Part shown: positions 60,578 to 64,000 of the stretch, piece after piece
Layout of the letters: each line of letters starts with the position of its first letter
How positions within the stretch are numbered: position 1 is the first letter of the stretch
Position numbers and translations under genes: made by a program
Virus record (IMG/VR): IMGVR_UViG_3300048691_000181
Location: 42,964 to 106,963 of that record
Source: a virus
Length of the DNA: 64,000 nt
Reading direction: 5' to 3' (one strand)
Notes under the pieces: model-generated
The model's database searches: none
Seen by the model: only the letters and a program-made list of their open reading frames with translations
Told to the model about the DNA's origin: nothing

Positions 60578-60817
60578 TTAGTTGAACATGAAATAGCCAA
60601 TACCACAAGCAATAATTGTGGTAATAGAAGAGGCAAAAAAGAACTCGTTCTGTTTGTTGTTTGGCTTTTGATAAACCAAGAGCCACTTCTTTAGATTGAA
60701 AGAAGGCCAAACGGGTAATTTATCAACCCATGACCACATGTTTGCCACAATAAGAGCTGAACCAAGACCGACAATGAACTGAATCATTGTCCAAAATAAA
60801 AACACCTTTATAGACAT
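60578..60817 (-). CDS. Two-TM small membrane protein (possible holin)
   Basis: Two hydrophobic helices; directly upstream of the GH25 gene. Confidence 0.45.
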   Translation of the reverse strand: MSIKVFLFWTMIQFIVGLGSALIVANMWSWVDKLPVWPSFNLKKWLLVYQKPNNKQNEFFFASSITTIIACGIGYFMFN

Positions 60818-60849
60818 TTTTTTTAATTTTAAAAGTTAGATGCAAAGAA

Positions 60850-61036
60850 AAAACAGCTCTAACATAAGAACGGATGCAGATGCACCCTCAACCAAAATAA
60901 TACTGCGATAGATGCAGATGCGAAGGAGTAGGGTCATATAATGACAAACACTCTTCGTAGCTTAGCGAGCTTCCATATATAGGAATACTTCAATTCTAAG
61001 CGATTATTTTGATTTCTCTTATGTTAGAGCTGTTTT
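60850..61036 (-). ncRNA. Candidate structured non-coding RNA/element closed by 20-bp inverted repeats
   Basis: aaaacagctctaacataaga (60850-60869) pairs perfectly with 61017-61036; nested inner stems; U-tract at the 3' end on -. Confidence 0.6.
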
Positions 61037-61050
61037 GTTTAAGATGTAGT

Positions 61051-62853
61051 CTATGCTACATTCTTAGCTTTACCCCAGAGTGGGTAAGGCGTGGAGAACT
61101 CGACCGCGTGGTTGAGGTTCTTCCACTTCGGTTCTTTCGGCTGGAAGACGATGAATTCCATCGTCTTATGAAAGGGCTTGTACTCGCCAATCATCTTATG
61201 ACCAGCCTTGAGCGCAAGGAAAATATCCTTGGTTTCGCTCTTCGGAATCCAAATTGGTTCACAGCACCGAATTGTATCGGAATCTGTGATTACCATATTT
61301 GGTTGACCTCCTTTAGAGGTCTGGATAAACTGAATGGGTGCCTCAATTACATACGGCACCGTAATTTGGCGCTCGTAGTAGTCGAGGCTAAATCTGTCCT
61401 TAACCAGAACAGAAATAACACAACTTGGGTAGAAGAATCCCTCTTCTACGTTCAATTTGTGAAATCCAGCCGTAGCAACCGCAGGCAGTCCATTAGGCTG
61501 CTTCCCGTAATTCATAGAAACACGAGAAACGGCACTCGGAATACCAACGTTTGCCATCTTGCGGTCGAGGCAAGGGTATAGCGAATGAAGCGCTTTCGAT
61601 TCAGCAAATTCCTTATCGACCTTTCCGACGTTGAAATTAAGCTGAACTTGATTGCGGTCTGAGGCTTGTGCCATTTGACCGAGCTGTTTGCCGACCTGCT
61701 TGCGAGCGAACTTGTCTGCCGACTTTTGGCGAGAAGCCTGAAGTGGCTTCTTCGTCGTTTCAAGTCGTGCTTCAACAGCTTGTTTTATGAGCTTGCTGGC
61801 ATCAAACTTACGAGTTTGTTTCGGAGCCATAGCTGCAAACAAACCGTCATTCCCTACTTGAGCAACTGTTGCAGCCAAGTCTGCTGGCTGCGTAATGATT
61901 TCAGCTTTAGGGAAAACAGGTGTCTGAACAGGAACTTGAACCTGAGTTGCGAGCGTTTCGACGAAACGCTCCATTTTCACTTCTTCAGCCTCCATTTGCG
62001 CATCCACTTGCGCATGCGCCTCGATTTTCGCTTCGAGCACTTCTATCAAGTGCTCTTGAATTTGAGCCTCAACAAGCTGAATCACCTCTAATGTGGGTGT
62101 TTTGATAATCGCTTCAGCTTCCACTTCAATCTCTTCCCCTCTAATAGGGGTATCTTCAATCGAAGGAACAATTTCAACAGCCAAGTCCTGATTATCGAGA
62201 ACCACTTCTGGTTCTTCGATTGGAGAAATGGGTTTTTCAGTTATTGGTTCAACAACTGGCGCTACAACGGCATTAGCGCCGACTTGTACTGTTTCGTCCG
62301 AGAACAATGCCTCGTATACGGAAACGCCTTGGTCAAGCAAGTCGGCTGTTGCATTCAACAGAATGTCAGACGCAGTTTGCTCTTCTACCTGTGTTTCAGG
62401 TCCTTGAACAGCAGCAGAGCTCTGCTCCATGAATTCCAATTCCGCCATTTCGACCTCGTCGATATGGTTGCCTAATAACATATGAAGGCATTCTCCGTAG
62501 TTTTTAAGACACTTCTCGACGTACTTGCGATAGCCGTCTACAACGACGGCAGGTCTTGTTTTTGTTTTAGCCTCGACAAAGTCGAGAATTTCTTCATTGT
62601 CCCACTTAAATGGGTATGCAGCTGGGTTCGCTGCATCAAACGGCATAGCCAAGAAGTCGGAAACTCCGACTTGAAGAATTCCTTTTTGGAAGGCAGATGT
62701 TAAGCCGTCTGCTAATCCCTCTTGGATGTTAGCGAAACGCAGCGTCTCGATATTGTCCTTTGAGCCTGAGACAGTAAGCGCAGAAATAATGGCTGCGTAA
62801 GTTGAAGCTCCTACTACTAAGACAGAATTGCCTACGGCACTTGGATTTGACAT
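61051..62853 (-). CDS. Hypothetical 600-aa protein with a long acidic E/V/A/P-rich linker
   Basis: Long ORF, A-rich leader; globular-looking ends joined by a low-complexity region. Confidence 0.7.
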   Translation of the reverse strand: MSNPSAVGNSVLVVGASTYAAIISALTVSGSKDNIETLRFANIQEGLADGLTSAFQKGILQVGVSDFLAMPFDAANPAAYPFKWDNEEILDFVEAKTKTRPAVVVDGYRKYVEKCLKNYGECLHMLLGNHIDEVEMAELEFMEQSSAAVQGPETQVEEQTASDILLNATADLLDQGVSVYEALFSDETVQVGANAVVAPVVEPITEKPISPIEEPEVVLDNQDLAVEIVPSIEDTPIRGEEIEVEAEAIIKTPTLEVIQLVEAQIQEHLIEVLEAKIEAHAQVDAQMEAEEVKMERFVETLATQVQVPVQTPVFPKAEIITQPADLAATVAQVGNDGLFAAMAPKQTRKFDASKLIKQAVEARLETTKKPLQASRQKSADKFARKQVGKQLGQMAQASDRNQVQLNFNVGKVDKEFAESKALHSLYPCLDRKMANVGIPSAVSRVSMNYGKQPNGLPAVATAGFHKLNVEEGFFYPSCVISVLVKDRFSLDYYERQITVPYVIEAPIQFIQTSKGGQPNMVITDSDTIRCCEPIWIPKSETKDIFLALKAGHKMIGEYKPFHKTMEFIVFQPKEPKWKNLNHAVEFSTPYPLWGKAKNVA

Positions 62854-62925
62854 TTTTCTTTATTTTAATTTTTGAAAAAAAAGGAATTCTATTTTTTAGT
62901 GTTTCAAAGGTGGGCGACTTGGAAT

Positions 62926-63345
62926 TTATGCTGCCTGTGCGTAATCTACTTTCATAGTGCGTGGCTTATGCTTAGCCGAACCTGTTTTCACAGGCGTGTT
63001 AGACGGCTTACGTGGCTTTTTCATGTTGTTTGCCATCCAATTAGCCATTTGGTTCACGATTTGCTTGGAACGGTTAGCGTTACGCTTTTCAATCCGAGCC
63101 TCATTTGCTGCTTGAATGTCAGCACGTTTCTGAAGCACAGCCGATGCTATGGCATTAGCTTCTTCTTCGGTTAGCACTGGTGGATTACGTTTTAATCTTC
63201 GCATTTCCGCTTTAGCTTCTTTTGCTGCTAATTGCTTAGCAGCAGCTAATTTCTTGAAAGCGATACGCGCGTCATTACGCGCCTTTTTAGCTTTTTGGCG
63301 GTCGGCAGTAGAAAGAGTGCGAGGAATTGCGGTTGCAATAGTCAT
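62926..63345 (-). CDS. Highly basic K/A/R-rich protein
   Basis: KAKKARNDARIAFKKLAAAKQLAAKEAKAEMRRLKR; possible nucleic-acid binder. Confidence 0.65.
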   Translation of the reverse strand: MTIATAIPRTLSTADRQKAKKARNDARIAFKKLAAAKQLAAKEAKAEMRRLKRNPPVLTEEEANAIASAVLQKRADIQAANEARIEKRNANRSKQIVNQMANWMANNMKKPRKPSNTPVKTGSAKHKPRTMKVDYAQAA

Positions 63346-63413
63346 TCTTTACGGTTTTTAACAATTAAAAAAAAGAGAAATCGAAATAGTGTTTTGAAGA
63401 TTGGTGAAAACAC

Positions 63414-63998
63414 TTAATCTTCAAATTCCAGCGCCAACTGAAGAGAGTCTTCAAGTTGGTCAATGTCTTCAAACTCGAGGTCGTCATTGACCTCTTTGAA
63501 ATTAACCGTGAGCAGCATTTGCTGATAACCTCCACACACAACGAGTGCGTAGAAGTTAAAAAGTTCAATAATATACTGCTCGGGATAGAGCAGTTTTACC
63601 GTCCCCATTTGTTGAAGAAATCGAAGCACGTCTCGTGCTGATTCCATCCTGCGAAATGCAGGATGAATAACGATACGACCTACATTATTTTCGGTCATTA
63701 CGAAATCGAGTTCGCAATTTTGAAGATAGTCCAACCACCGCGAGTTGAGCACCTCTGAATCGATTTGAAATCTCATTGTTCCATTCTCGATAACACCAAT
63801 ACGTTGGTAACAAAACTGCGTTACCATCATTTTAAATCCGCGAGCCAATTGGAACAGAGAATCCAAGTCGGTTTCCTGAAGTGCTTCGTAGTCCAGTCCG
63901 ATGAAAAGCGGTGGTTCGGTTTTCGGCGACTTGAACTGGAATTCGATAGCATCAGAAGTTTGCTGGCTTCCCCAGAGGGCTCTCAACCAGAGAGTCAA
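63414..63998 (-). CDS. Hypothetical protein with an acidic C-terminus (probably 5'-truncated by the window edge)
   Basis: Frame is open to the window end. Confidence 0.6.
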   Translation of the reverse strand: MTLWLRALWGSQQTSDAIEFQFKSPKTEPPLFIGLDYEALQETDLDSLFQLARGFKMMVTQFCYQRIGVIENGTMRFQIDSEVLNSRWLDYLQNCELDFVMTENNVGRIVIHPAFRRMESARDVLRFLQQMGTVKLLYPEQYIIELFNFYALVVCGGYQQMLLTVNFKEVNDDLEFEDIDQLEDSLQLALEFED

Positions 63999-64000
63999 CC

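Noticed and set aside
60850-61036. Firm call as retron msr-msd, tRNA or tmRNA
   Set aside because: No reverse transcriptase in the window and no cloverleaf, T-loop or CCA end. Kept only as an unclassified structured element.
35772-61053. TAG-to-Gln recoding (code 15)
   Set aside because: TAG ends several genes (35772, 40403, 47411, 51077, 55804, 58771, 61051) and I found no convincing same-frame fusion across it.
61009-63641. + strand ORFs such as 61009-61581 and 61666-62091
   Set aside because: Antisense shadows of long - strand genes, with no motifs or plausible leaders.

Overview
About 64 kb of a crAss-like (Crassvirales-type) podovirus genome. The host is probably Bacteroidota, based on TAnnTTTG promoter boxes and A-rich leaders without Shine-Dalgarno sites. 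The + strand (1-35.7 kb) is the late tail/ejection block in canonical crAss order: ring protein, IHF-like, tail tubular, tail stabilization/muzzle, two cargo proteins, a 6327-aa virion RNA polymerase polyprotein (DYDVD active site plus SF1 helicase and HExxH zincin domains), and a 1484-aa PD-(D/E)xK cargo protein. It converges at a bidirectional terminator (~35.73 kb) with a - strand early/middle block: HTH regulator, RecE-like exonuclease, gamma-glutamylcyclotransferase, T7 endonuclease I-like resolvase, primase, SSB, AAA ATPase, DnaB, M15 peptidase, amidoligase plus a degenerate class I glutamine amidotransferase, LysM lipoprotein, four divergent paralogs, GH25 lysin and a possible holin. 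Main signals: (1) several - strand genes are only complete if in-frame TGA is read through, probably as Trp, while the 35-kb late block has no in-frame TGA; (2) a ~190-nt structured non-coding element closed by 20-bp perfect inverted repeats; (3) a glutamyl-ligase/envelope-remodelling cluster with a probably dead amidotransferase; (4) a tandem array of four proteins sharing only terminal SH3-like motifs. No tRNA, CRISPR array, integrase or DNA polymerase was recognised. All assignments are from motif recognition by eye; no searches were run.
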